Below are positions 26,601 to 39,600 of a stretch of 64,000 nucleotides of DNA, piece by piece. A model generated the notes under the pieces. It worked only from the letters and a program-made list of their open reading frames with translations. It made no database searches and was not told the origin of the DNA. Positions within the stretch are counted from its first letter, which is position 1. Every line of letters begins with the position of its first letter. The DNA is from Mobula hypostoma. Its lineage: Eukaryota. The translations under genes and the position numbers were made by a program. Location of the stretch: NCBI RefSeq assembly GCF_963921235.1, contig NC_086097.1, forward strand, positions 177,694,001 through 177,758,000, read 5' to 3'.

Positions 26601-26817
26601 CATTTATTCGCAGACTCTACCTCCAAATCAGACCACTCTTTCCTCTCTCTCCCAACCGCATGGACAGCCCCTAGTGCCACCTCCAACTCATCAATGCTAG
26701 TCTAAACTCGAACAAAGACCTCACCCACCACGCATACAGCAATAACCAGCAAATAACCCACAGAGACACATGTTACAGATTTAAACAGGGCACCCACACA
26801 GCATACCAGCAGACTCA

Positions 26818-26836
26818 ATCCCAGACAAAGCCCACA
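26818..26836 (-). other. Degenerate tRNA-Pro-type primer binding site
   Basis: TGTGGGCTTTGTCTGGGAT a few nt after the 5' LTR; resembles the tRNA-Pro PBS TGGGGGCTCGTCCGGGAT with 3 substitutions and 1 insertion. Confidence 0.55.
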
Positions 26837-26839
26837 CAA

Positions 26840-27536
26840 TGTAGCCCCCCCGGCCACCCTCAGGGTCGCTCGACTTGCTGTCGTCTGGGGAAACAGCCTC
26901 GGCCCCGCCAAACTGGGTAATTAGTTTGTGTGGATGCTGTGTGAGGTGCCCCACCCCGCCCAAATAACAGACAATACACCAGATGCAATTAAATGATTTA
27001 CAGATTATAGATATTACTGGAACTATATAATTAAAAGAGAATAAAATATAAAAGGAAAATAAAAGGCACCACACTTATCAAAGTTCAATCTCTTTGTGCA
27101 CAAAAACCGTTGGAGCTCAAGGACCTTCTTCTTCACCCTGCGACCCCCCTCGGACCACCTTGACCGGCCGCCTGGGACCAACAACGGTGGTCAACCAGAC
27201 ACTCCACACAAGTCCGTCTCCGTCTCCTCGCCGAACGTCCCGCTCGGGGTCCGACCCCATTAGCGGACAAACAGCACCTCGTCCATCCTCTGTCTCACTC
27301 TCCCGCCTTCTGCCCCAAAACCCCCTCACAAACAGTATCTTCAAATACACCAAAAACATAACAACTATCCCAATTGGTTAATAACGTATTTCTTATCACC
27401 TTCTAAACCACAACAAGCTGCTAGCGCAAACTTTCTCAGCGTTTAAGACAACAAAGCCGCATTCCCCAGATTAACATAACAAAGACGCCATTTTAATTAG
27501 CCTCCACAGTAACATAAAAATCGAAACCCCCTTACA
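26840..27536 (-). repeat. 5' LTR of the Gypsy element
   Basis: TGTAGCC...CTTACA on the + strand; about 95% identical by eye to 24764-25457 over the first ~280 bp. Confidence 0.93.
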
Positions 27537-27774
27537 CTTGTTAATGTAATTTTCGCTGTTGTGATCATCTTCATCTTCACCTCGCCGTTCCTTTACATGC
27601 CGCCACCATCGTTCCATCTGTGTCAACTCAGTGCTATTGTCAACATCTGATAGGCATTCCCAGTTTGTTTTAATTTTTTAAATTTAATTTAGCCCCATTA
27701 ATGTTGGATAAGTACGTATGGCGCGATCTGTGTCTGAAGGCAGTGAAGCCTTGAATTCTAATCCTCCTTTGCCA

Positions 27775-29238
27775 CAAAAATAAAAAGAGCTGGTTGTGGA
27801 CTACAGGAGTAATGGAGACAGGCTAACTTCTATTGACATCAATGGATCTGGGGTTGAGAGGATGAACAGCTTTAAGTTCTTCAGCATAAACATCACCGAG
27901 GATCTCGTGGTCTGTGCATACTAGCTGTGTGGTGAAAAAGGCACAACAGTGTCTCTTTCACCTCAGACGGTTGAGGAAGTTTGGTACAGGCCGCCAAATC
28001 CTAAGAACTTTCTACTGAGGCACAACTGAGAGCATTCTGACTGGCTACAGCACTGCCTGGTATGGGAACTGTACTTCCCTCAATAGCAGGACTCTGCAGA
28101 GAGTGGTGCGAACAGCCCAGTGTAGCTGTGAACTCCCCACTATTCAGGACAGTTACAAAGACAGGTGTGTAAAAAGGACCCGAAGGATCATTGGGGACCT
28201 GAGTCACCCCAACCACAAACTGTTTCAGAAGGTACCATTTGGTAAACTGTACCACAGCACAAAAGCCAGAACCAACAGGCTCTGGGACAGCTTCTTCTAG
28301 CAGGACATCAGACTGATTAATTCATGCTGAAACAACTGTACTTCTATGTTATATTGACAGTCCTGTTGTACACACTTTTTATTATAAATCAGGGGTCCCC
28401 AACCTTTTTTGCACTGCGGACCGGTTTAATATTGACAATATTCTTGCGGACCGGCCGACCGGAGGGCTGTTCAAGTAGGGTTAAACTCACCTCGCATGTC
28501 TTTTACAGTTAGGGTTGCCAACTTCTCCACTCCCAAATAAGGGACAAAAGTAGCAGTCAAATACGGGACAGTGTTCACCCCGAGAAAGACTACCATGACC
28601 ATGAAGCCTTGCGCGGGCGCTTGTGTGTGCATGCGTGCACGTGCCGATTTTTTTTTTTTTTGACTTAATCTTTTGAATTAAGTCAAATCGGTTTTGACTT
28701 AATCTTCCCGACTACACTGTACATACATTATTTCTACTTTATATGGGCTGTGTATTTATCATATCATTCCTGCTTTTACTATATGTTAGTGTTATTTTAG
28801 GTTTTATGTGTTATCTGGAATGATTTGGTAGGTTATTTTTTGGGTCTGGGAATGCTCAAAAATTTTTCCCATATAAATTAATGGTAATTGCTTCTGCGCT
28901 TTACGCCATTTCGGCACAAAAGGTTTCATAGGAACACTCTACCTTAGTGGGGGAAGTACAGGACAAGGGTAGTCCAGTATAGGACAAACCAATTTAGCCC
29001 AATATACGGGATGTCCCGGCTAATACGGGACAGTTGGCAACCCTATATTCAAGTTCAACAGTACGTGACAGGGAATGAGGAAAGGTGCAGCTAACTCATT
29101 TCGTTTCCCCGCAGCCTGGTGGTTGGGGACTGCTGTTATAAATTGCTATAAATTGCACATTGCACATATAAACGGAGACACAATGTAAAGATTTTTACTC
29201 GTATATGAAGGATATAAGCAACAAAGTCAATTCAATTC
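27775..29238 (+). mobile_element. 5'-truncated Rex1/Babar LINE inserted in hAT copy B
   Basis: KELVVDYR..FKFFSINITED..KKAQQCLFHLRRLRKFG remnants and a 3' tail ending aaagtcaattcaattc; interrupted by a MITE. Confidence 0.8.
28390..29135. mobile_element. hAT-type MITE (composite)
   Basis: TIRs CAGGGGTCCCCAACC / GGTTGGGGACTGCTG (13/15 match) and a perfect 8-bp TSD TTATAAAT (28382-89, 29136-43). Inner TIR pair TAGGGTTGCCAAC (28510-22) / GTTGGCAACCCTA (29033-45). Confidence 0.88.
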
Positions 29239-29239
29239 G

Positions 29240-30355
29240 AGGGAAAATTCAGAAAGTGTGTCAATGCAATGTTACACACCTGGAGTATGGTTTTATACCT
29301 TTCCTGTCAGATCAGTGATCACACATGTGTCTTATTTGTAATACTGTGCTGTCTAATGAAGCCATGAAACCATCAAGGTTGCAGGAACACTTCCATAAAA
29401 GACACCCTGAAAAAAAAACTACTTATGGTATTACTCAGTTCCTGAAGATGAAAGAAGCTTTTGAAAAGAGTTGTACACTCAAGTCATTTGTCAAGAAAGC
29501 TAAAAATGACCTTCATAGTGGTCTCATTGCTTTTTATAACATTTCCAAAATGATAGCAAAGTGTGGAAAATCTCATACAATTGGTGAAAGATTGGTAATG
29601 CCTGCTGTATCAGAAGTGCTCACCACTGTTCTCAAAATGGATACAGTATTTTAAAATTGATTCCATTGAGTAATAACTCTGTAGCTCGTCGTATTGACAA
29701 AATGATTGAAGACATTTTGTATCTACTATGTACAGAGCTACAAAATCAGAATTTGGGATACAACTGGATGAGTCAAATGTGCAAGGCAACAAGGCATTGC
29801 TAATAGCATATGTACAGTTTATCAAAAAATTGAATAGTTTATGAAGAGATTCTCTTTTGTAAAAAGTTAAAACAAATATCAATGGTGAATCAATCTACGA
29901 TGAGCTCGAAATGTACATTGAGGATAAAAGTATTCCAATTAGGAGCATGATTTCTTGTGCAATAGATGGAGCACCATATATGACAGATCACCATGCTGGT
30001 TTAGTGGCATTTATGAAAAAAGAAATTCCAAGTCTTTTTGCAATTCATTATCAAAATTATTGAAATTCAGAGTGATGAAGAAGCAAGTATGCTTTTCAAA
30101 AATATTGGTTTTGTGGTATGTGGCTACACTGTCATATGCAGTTTCCTGGTCTTTGGCAAAGAGTCAAGCAGCTCTTTATTTGCATTTCGATCCTCCTACC
30201 TTGTTGAAAGAGGCTTCAGTGCAGTGAACCACATACTCACAAAAAATAGAATCTGCTGGGACATCGTTACATTTGGGCACTTGGGCTTTTGCTCTCACAA
30301 ATTGATCAGATATTTCAACTCTTGCTAGAAACCATCAAGCTCAAGGATCACATTG
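29240..30355 (+). pseudogene. Degraded hAT transposase (ZBED8/SCAND3/Buster-like) of copy B
   Basis: BED-finger-like YGFIP..MCLICNTVLSNEAMKPSRLQEHFHKRH, KSHTIGERLVMPA, QLDES, DGAP and FAIH, then a jump to the C-terminal SSYLVERGFSAV. Multiple frameshifts and stops. Confidence 0.85.
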
Positions 30356-33300
30356 ATATTGAAGCTGCTGTACAATGCACAGGTACTGTGTAAGCTAGAT
30401 TTAAAGATAAAAATTTAAAGTGGAATCTTTTTTCTCATGTTAGCATATGGTAGACATGTTTTTACACTATGGGGGCACCAGAAAGTATATTGTGCCTAAG
30501 AGGGGCATTGGCAAGTATGAAATCACTTTAGGAGGGTATTGAGCTAAAAAAGAAAAGGTTGGGAAACACTGCTGTAAACCTTTAGTATCTATGTAACTGT
30601 CGAAAAGTCTTTTAAATGTTCTGGCAGTGATTTCAAAATATCAACCACTTTGTGTGGGGAAAACTTTTCCCTCAGTTCCCCCTTTAAAACTAGTACCTTT
30701 CACCTTAAGTCAATGTTAGTAGCTAATCCAGGGGGGGAAAAAAACTTTGACAATTTGTTCTATTACCTCCCATAATCTCATATATCTCTGTCAGTCATGC
30801 GTCAGGTCTGTGTGTGTGAGTGTAAGAGAGGGGCCTTGCCATTCACTGTGTACATCCTCCCAAAATATTTCAAGGGAATAAATGGGAACGAAAGAGGAAT
30901 AGTGAGACTGGATAACAGGGTGAGGACCAGAACAAGTCAGTGTCCTGTCGCTGTGCTGTAAATATTTTGGTGGCTAGACAACAAAGAAGCCCAACCGAAA
31001 GGGTGACTTTTGACTTCAAGGCTCCATCTGGTGGTGATTCAGAGGTAGAATCTTCTAAGCCAAGTTTCCTTGTTCAGGGTCTCAGCCCAAAACATTGACA
31101 GTGCCTTTCTACTCCCTCTCTCCCCCCGCCCCCCCCCCAACAGATGCTGCTTGACCAGCCGAGGTTGCTGCAGAACCCAGCATCTCCAATCTCTTATGTT
31201 CCCATCAAACCATTCTCATTGTTTGCCTGAGCGTCTTTGAAGGGCTAATTAAACAAGTTCTTATTGAATGGCCTATGCCATACTGTTCTATATCCTCTGC
31301 TACATGATCTCTGATGTGCTATCCCATTGAGATATTTAAAAATAGCATGCTTAATGTAATAATAGTCTGCAGATGCTTATCTGGTGTGCCCTTAGTCAGT
31401 GTGTTGCTACTGGCAGAGGTGAGGCAATTTGGTTTCACTGGCATAAGCCCTGTTTAGATTTCAAAGTTCTACTCTAGAGAAACCTGTGGAAATAAGCACT
31501 GCCTGGGGGGTTGCTTCAACTGATGGATAATAGACAAACAACTACGGCTTTCGAGCAACAAACAGTTCTGGAGGAACTCAGTACATAAGGTTTACTGTTG
31601 TCACATATACTGAGGCACAGCAAAATAACTTTGTTTTGCATGCAAATCGTTTTATCACTGGAAGGTTGTACAAAGAAAAGGCAACAGCAGAATGCAGAAT
31701 AAAGTGTTACAGATACAGGGAAAGTACAGTGCGGTGCAGTAAGGTGCAAGACCATGCCAAGATGGATGGTGAGGTCAAGAGTCCATCATTTCTTACGAGG
31801 GGGTCATTTAGTATTTTTAACAGCAGAATAGAAGCTGTCCTTGAGCCTGGTGGTACGTGCTTTCAGGCTTTTGTATCTACTGCCTGTTGGGATGAAGTAG
31901 AAACGAGAATATCTGGGGTCGGTGGAGCCTTTGAATATGTTCGCTGCTCTACTGAGGCAACAGAAAATATAGGTAAAGTCCGTGAAGGGGAGGCTGTTTC
32001 CTGTGGTGTATTCAGCTTTATCCACAGCTCCCTGCACTTTCTTGTGGTCATGTGCAGAGCAGTTGCCGTACCAAACTGTGATACATCCAGATAGAATATT
32101 TTCAATAAAAACTGGTGATGGTCATCTTGTGAGCTTCTCAGTAGCACCTGTAGAGGGAATGGACAATCGGCATTTCAAGACTTTCATCTGGACTCGACAT
32201 CCGAGACATCAACTGTCCATTTAACTCCCCCTCCCCCCACTAATGCTGCTAACCCATTGAGTGTCTCCATTGTAATTCCAGATTCCAATATCTGCTGCCC
32301 CTCTTGACTTTTGGTTCACTGAAACACCACTTTCTATGTCTCATCCTGTAACCACTCATCTGTTCCTACTGGTGTTGTGATCAATCCCTTGCGGATATGA
32401 GACCGCAGATGCTGAAATCCAGGGAAAGAAAACAAGCTGGTAGCGGGGGATCTCAGCTGCTCAAGCAGTATCTGTGGAGGGAAGGATTTGGTCGATGTTT
32501 TAGGTTGAGACACTGTTAGGATTGCAAGTGTGAAGGAAAGGTGAAATGGAGACCGTAAATTACCCCTAGTCTGGGCAAGTGGCAAAAGAACCAAAAGGGG
32601 TTGGAGGAGGTTTGATGAGCATGTTTGACAGAGTTACAGAGCCACTACGAAATAGCAGAGGGTATAGGACTGATTGCCTTCCTAGAAAGTAATCTCCTCC
32701 TTCATCCCCTTCCTTCAATTCTGGCCTCTCGCACTTCACCGATTTTAACCACTTGGCTATTGAGAACTGTGTCTTTAGATACCAATGACCTAAGTTCTGT
32801 AATTCCTTCTCTAAACTTCTCTACCTTTGTTCAATTTTATTGTCATCTAACAGTACATATACAACTAAATGAAGCAATGTTCCTCCAGACTATGGTGTAC
32901 CCACAATACGTATATCACGCACAGCACATAAAATAAAATGTGAACACTAATAAATTAATAGAATATATTTCAAAGTGCACAGGTAAACAGTACAGTAAAC
33001 AGCTCCCTGTCCTAGTGATGAGAACTCGGTGCTGGAAGGGTATGCATTTGTCTCGCAGCCTGGGGACTAATAAATACATCTCCCTAAAATCTTCTAGTAT
33101 ATTTTATGCTGTTTCCTTTGAAGGAAGAGAATATTGGTGTTGGTGCCCCCTCTGCTGGTATAATATATTACACACTGCTGGTTCTCTGACAATTTCTGGA
33201 AAGTGACACATTTTTTTCATGTATTCATTCAGCAGAATAGGCTTCACAGGCTGGCCCAGCATTTAATAGCCCATCCTTGGTTGCCTTTCTAAACCTTCCC

Positions 33301-35104
33301 TATCTGTGTACCTGCCAAAGTATCTTAAATGTACCTGTTTCAGCCGCCACTTTTGTTAGCTTGTTCTGTATACTGACCACGCTCTGGGTGAAAATGTTGC
33401 TCCTCGGTTCCCATTAAAGCTCCTAAACCTATGTCATGTAGTTCTTGATTCCTCAACACTGGGAAAAAGACTGTGAATTCCCCTGTCTATGCCCCCGCAT
33501 GATTTTGTACACCTTTGTAATATCACCCATCGTGTACCTATGAGCCATTGAATGAAGTCCAAGCCTGTTCTGTCTGTAACCCAAGCCCTTAAGACCTGGC
33601 AAAATCTTCATAAGTCTCTGCAGCTGAATGGCATCTTTCCTATGACAGGGTGAACACAACTGCTGGAAGACTGGAGGCTGGTTAATGTTGAGCCTTTTGA
33701 ATGGATTGGTTTAGTTGGGCCTTTGAACACAGCACAGTAAAGGCCTCTCAGCCCACGGTGTAATGCTGACCTTTTAATCTACTCCATGGTCAATCTAACC
33801 CTTCCCTCCCACGTAGCCCTCCATTTTTCTTTCATCCATGTGCCTATCTAAGTATCTTAAATGTCTTTATAAATCTATTTGCCTCTGCTACTGCCCCTGG
33901 CATTGTGTTTCATGCACTTACCTCTTGGTATGAAAAAAACACTACCTCTGACATCTCCCTGAAATTTCATCCAATCAGTTTAAAATTATGCCTGCTCCTA
34001 CTAGTCATTGCAACTCTGGGGAAAACGTCTCTGGCTGTCCACTCTGTTTATGCCTCTTATCATCTTATACACCTCTATCTAGTCATCTCTCATCCCCCTT
34101 CACTCCAAAGAGAAAAGCCCTAGCTTGCTCAACCTATCCTTATGTCCAGCCTGTAGTTGAGAAGGGCTGTAAAGAAAAAGAACCGATAACTATAGACAAG
34201 GTAAGACTAACACCTGTGGTAGGTAAGTTACTGGAGAGGATTCTGAGGCCTTCTCGAATTGCTGCAACCCTTGAGGTGTGTGTATACCTCAGTGCTGTTA
34301 GGGAGGAGTTCTGTTATTTTGACTCGGTGACAGAAGAAAACAGCAATACAGTTCCAAGTCAGGGTGGTGTGTGGCTTGGAGGGCAACATCCAGGTAGGGT
34401 GTCCCTCTGCTTTTGTTGCCCTTGTCCTGGTGGGTTTGGAAAGTGCTGTTTGCCTTAATGAGTCATAGATTGATACAGCATAGAAACAAATCCCTTCTGG
34501 CGAAATGGTCCATGCCAACCATGGTGTCTCTTTGTTAGTCCCATTTGCCTGCATTTGGCTCATCTCCCTTTAAACCTTTCCATTCCGTGTACCTGTCCAA
34601 GTGCTTTTTTTATATATTGTTATTGTACCTACTTTCTCTGGCAGCTAGCGAGCCATAATGAGTTCCTGCAGTGGATACTGCAGATAGACTGAATTGCCTC
34701 CACTATGCATTTAATAAATAAAGATGAAGATTGTCTTTATTTGTCAGATGTACGTGGAAAATTGACACATGCAGTGAAATGCATCATTTGTGTCAACAAC
34801 CAAGAGTTTGAAGATGTGCTGGAGGCAGCCCACAAATGTCGCCATGCATGCCCACAACGTACTAGTTCTAGCCTGTATTTCTTTGGAGTGTGGGAGGACA
34901 CTGGAGCATCCACAGGAAGCCTGTGCAGTAAGAGGGAGACCACACAAACTCCTAACAGACAGTGGCAGGAACTGAATCCCAGTCACTGAATAACCACCAC
35001 ACTGTGCTGGCTGAGTGAGCTCAGTTCAGCATCAATTATAGACTCATAGAAAATAATTTCACAGGGGACGGTTAAGCTCAATGTTCGTACGGTCAGAGTG
35101 ATGA

Positions 35105-36600
35105 AACACTACAGTGCAGAAACAGGCCCTTCAGCCCACCTAATCCATACCAAACTATTATTCCATTTGTGCCTGGACCATAGCTCTTCATTCTGCTCCC
35201 ATGCACATACCTATCGAAATTTGTCTTAAATGTTGAAATCAAACCCACATTTACCACTTCCTTTGGCAGCTCATTCCACATTCTTGTCACCATCTGAGTG
35301 AAGAAGTCCCTTCTCATGTTCCCCTTAAACATTTCACCTTTAACCCATGACCTCCAGTTCTAGTCTCCCCCAACCTCAGTGGAAAAAGCCTGCTTGCATT
35401 TACCCTATCTATTCATAATTTTGTACACTTGTATCAAATCTTCCCTCATTCTGCTACACTCTAGGGGATAAAATCGTAACCTATTCAACTTTTCCTTATA
35501 GCTCAGTTCCTCAAGTCCCAGCAAACCCCTTGTAAAATTTCTCTGCACTCATTCAATCTTATTGATACCTCTCCTGTAGATAGGTAACCAGAGCTGCACA
35601 CAATACTCCAAATTCAACCTCACCAAAGTCTTCTAAAACATCCCAACACCTGGATCAGTACTTTGGTGTATATTGGCTAATGTGCCAGAAGCTCACTTCA
35701 TGACACTATCTACATGTGACACCACATTCAAAGAATTATGTATCTGTATTCCAAGCTCTCTCTTTTCTACACTCATATCAATGCCTATTGCTCACTGCGC
35801 AAGTCCTACCCTGGTTTGTCATCCAAAGAGTAACTCCTCACATTTGTCTGCGTTAAATTCTGTCTGCCACTTTTCAGCCCGTTTTTCCATCTGGTTCAAA
35901 TCCCGCTGCATACTTTGATATCCTTCCTCGCTGTCCAGTACACCCCTAGTCTTGGTGTCATCCACAAATCTGCTGATCCACTCTACCACATTATCATCCA
36001 GATCATTGATACAGATAACAAACAACAACTGGCACAGTGCTGATCCCTTTGGCACACCACTAGTCACAGGCCTTCAGTCAGAGAGGCAGCCATCTACGAC
36101 CACTCTCTACTTTCTCCTGTGAAGCCAATGTCAAATCCAGTTTACTATGTCAACCCCAGTGCAAGCAACTGAACCTTCTGATCAACTTCCCATGTGGGAC
36201 CTTGTCAGAGGCCTTGCTAAAGTCCTTGTAGATAACATCTTCTACCTTGCCTTCATCAACTTTCCAGGTAACTTCCTTTAAAACCTCTATAAGATTGGTT
36301 AGACACGACCTATCATGCACAAAGCCATGCTGACTATCTCTAATCAGTCCCTGTCTATCCAAATATCTATATATCCAGTCTCTTAGAATACCTTCCAATA
36401 ACTTTACCACCACTGATGTCAGGATCGGTGGCCTGTAATTTCTTGGTTTATTTTTAGAGCCTTTCTTAAGCAGCAGAATTAGCTACCCTCCAATCTTCTA
36501 GCACCTCAGCCATGGCTTAGGACATTTTAACTACCTCTGCTTGGGCCCCTGCAATTTCTGCACTAACCTCCCACAAAGGCTGAGGGAACACCTAGTCAGG
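35105..36600 (-). mobile_element. CR1 LINE remnant
   Basis: QHGFVHDRSCLTNL, DFSKASDKVPH, GVPKGS, FVDDTK and a 3' UTR on the minus strand. Confidence 0.85.
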
Positions 36601-39600
36601 CTCATCTCCTCATGCTAGTCTAATATCAGAAGGCATGCATTTAAAGTGAGAGGGGTAAATTCAAAGAGGATATGCAGGGGCAGTTTTTCCACACACAGTG
36701 GTAGGTGCCTGGAATCTGATGTCACGGGTGGTGGTGGGGGCAAATGCAGCAGTGGTGGTCAATCATGTCTTAGATCATCACATGAATGTGCAGAGAATGG
36801 AGGGATATGGACATGGTGTAGACAGAAAGGATTAATTTATTTAAGTGTTTAGTTACCTGCTTGATTAGGTTGGTACAACACTGTGGGCCGAAGAGTCTCT
36901 TCCTGTGATGTACTGTTCTATGTTTGATGTAGTCAAAAAGGAGCTCTGTAGTCGAACCCCAGCCTCCAGCCATGGGTCATTAAGTCTGTAGACCATGGCC
37001 TTTCAAATCCTCATCCCAGTATTGTGTACTTGGGAGTGGGGGAGGCTTGCCTCACCTTTACACGCAGTGCATTCCAGACTCTTGGGTCGAAAACAGTTCC
37101 TCATCTCACTGCTAATGACTTTAAATCCTCCAATCCAAATTCTACTGGGTTTTGACCGCTCTGCTAAGGAAAATACCATGGCTTAGTCTCCCCCCCCCCC
37201 ACCATGCCCCCACCCTATTTCTATTTTTAATTCATCCTCTGTGATAAAGCCCAGATCTTGCATGTTCTTATAACCACTTTCTCAAAGTTCACATTTATTA
37301 ACAAAGCACGTGTAACATATACAACCTTGTGATCCACCTTCTTGCAGGTAGCCACAAAACAACGAGGTGTAACAGAATCCATGAAGAATCCCACACCAGA
37401 AAGACCAGCAAACATCCAATGTGCAAAAGAGGGCAAATCGTGCAAGTAGTAAAATAAAGAAATAAATAAATAATGCATGGAACATGAGCTGCAGGTTCCC
37501 CGAAAGTGAGCCGACAGCTGTGAGTTGGTTCAACCCATCCATCCAATTTCAGTACATTCTATACATATTCATGGGCAGTGTAGGGCCATAGCTGCTGCCT
37601 CTTGTGACCTCTCCCAACGAGCAGAAGCTACAGAAGCCTGAAAGCACAACTACCAGGCTGAAGGACAGCTTCTATCCCACTGTTATAAAGCTACTGAATA
37701 GTCCCCTAGTATGATAAAATGGGTCCTTGATGTCACAATCGTCCTTGTTATGGCCTTGCGCCTTGCTGTTCACCTGCGCTGAATTTCTTCTGTAACAGTA
37801 ACACTTTATTCTGCATTCTTTTATTGTTTCACCTTGTACTAACTTGAAATATTGATGGGATGAAATGATTTGTATAGATGGCATGCAAAATACAGTTTTT
37901 CACTGTACCTTGGTACATGTGATACTAATATGAAATTAGCTGCCAGAGAAGTGGTTGAGGCAGGTACATTAACGACATCTAAAAGGCACTTGGACAGGTA
38001 CATGGACAGGAAAGGCGTGGGGGGATATAAGCCAAACTCAGCGAAATGGGACTAGCTTAGATGGGCATCTTGGTAGGCATGGCCCAGTTGGGCTGAAGGG
38101 CCTGTTCCCATGCTGTATGGCTCTATGCACCAACTCGTTTAGAATTTAAGTCCCACTGCTGTAGTAATAATGTACATAGAGAATGGATCGATTTGTAATG
38201 TGTGTAATTTGTAGTTTGTGGCCAGAAGCAACAGTTTATTTTATCTAGAGTTATTTAAGTGGTGGCATGTCAGATTGCTTGTTCAAAGAGGTGCAACACA
38301 AACAACGGGATAAATCGCCTCTCATTCTGTATCATTTGTCCTTGTGTCAGTAGTCGGGTGAATAATGGGGGGTTTTATGGGAATGTGTAAGGAAAGCTAA
38401 TGAACAATCAAACAGGCATTGTATTATCATGCCAAATATGAAGTTTCCCAGGATCAATTGAAGTTCACTGTGCATCTTTATTAACAACATTAATAGCCCC
38501 TAACAATTACAGTTTTGTTTCAATAACATGTCTAATTGCTAAATATTAGTTGCTTCACACTGAGAGAATTGGAACACGATGCTGTAACTGGCTTTGGTTA
38601 ATTTTGTTCAATCAGTATCAACATGAGGTTTCTCTTTTATGTTCCGGATTGCCAAGGGGGGACCAAACAGTTGGCAGAATCCTGAGGAAGAAATTGTGTT
38701 AATACCGTACTGAGTCCAGCTTGTTCACCTATGGGAAACGTTGCCCTCAAGCAGATTAAAACATAGTTGGCAACACAACAACTGCAAATAGGGAGAGGCT
38801 GGTTGGCAGCAATACAAACTACGTCATGGAAATTTCCATTCCAAGTAAACTCCTAATAAGTTTGCTAAGGTGATGTTCATACTGGCTGTGGATTCAAGTT
38901 ATAAAGTGTAGTATTTAAGATGCAAAACTGTACTAGCTTTCCGGGAAGGAGATCTGCTGCCCTTTCCTAGTCTGATCTATGTGGACCTCCAGAACCAGCA
39001 CTGTGGCTGATGCTTACCTGCCCTTTCAATTGGCCAGGTTTAATTCTGCACCATTACCAGTTATGTTGAAACAAAGAAAAACTGAAAATGGATAGACCAC
39101 CTAACATCAGCCTAGGTCCTTCTCAGAAACATTTGGATACTAGGGTCCACATAATGTTCCCCAGTACAATATGATGGGTTCTTGTCCTCACAATCTACCT
39201 CATTTTGACCTTGCACCTTACAGTCTGCACTGAACTTCCTCAGTAACTGTAACACTTTATTCTGTTATCACTTTCCCTTGTACTATCTCATTTTGATTCA
39301 AACTCTGGTTACCATCCAATGTCCTCCCTCAAATGATGAATTAGTTTCCCTCCATATTGAACAAACCTTAGAAGAAGTACTGAGAGTAGCAAGGATGTCC
39401 TCTGACTGGGGCCTTCAGTCACTAAGTGTGGTATCGTCACCAGCTTGGGAGCAGCACCACTGATCAAGCCGGTGCCAGGGCTGTAGTGGGTGAACCAACA
39501 CAGGACAAATTCACTTAACCTCTTCTGCATCAGTCTGCTTGAGGCAGATGCCATAGGCTATGCTAACCCTTCAAGTGTGAAGAACCCACTGTACTGTCCT

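Larger units (their letters stand above)
24764..27536 (-). mobile_element. Internally deleted Ty3/Gypsy LTR retrotransposon (non-autonomous)
   Basis: Two ~695-bp direct repeats with TG...CA ends and a 4-bp TSD CTTG (24760-63, 27537-40). PPT and degenerate PBS lie on the minus strand. The internal region has gag, protease and pol-tail remnants. Confidence 0.93.
24330..30571 (+). mobile_element. hAT (Buster/Charlie-type) DNA transposon, copy B, carrying nested insertions
   Basis: TIRs CAGTGATTCCCAA.. / ..GGTTGGGAAACACTG and TSD CTCTAAAC/CTGTAAAC. Clear homology to copy A in the opposite orientation. Confidence 0.9.

Noticed and set aside
24946..27381. Duplicated ORFs (25019-25303 and 27094-27381; 24946-25281 and 27117-27359) as a tandem gene pair
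   Set aside because: They lie inside the two LTRs, so the duplication is explained by LTR structure, and the peptides are low-complexity.
38657..38715. Possible exon in the unique island
   Set aside because: In-frame stop in the expected phase and no good donor site.
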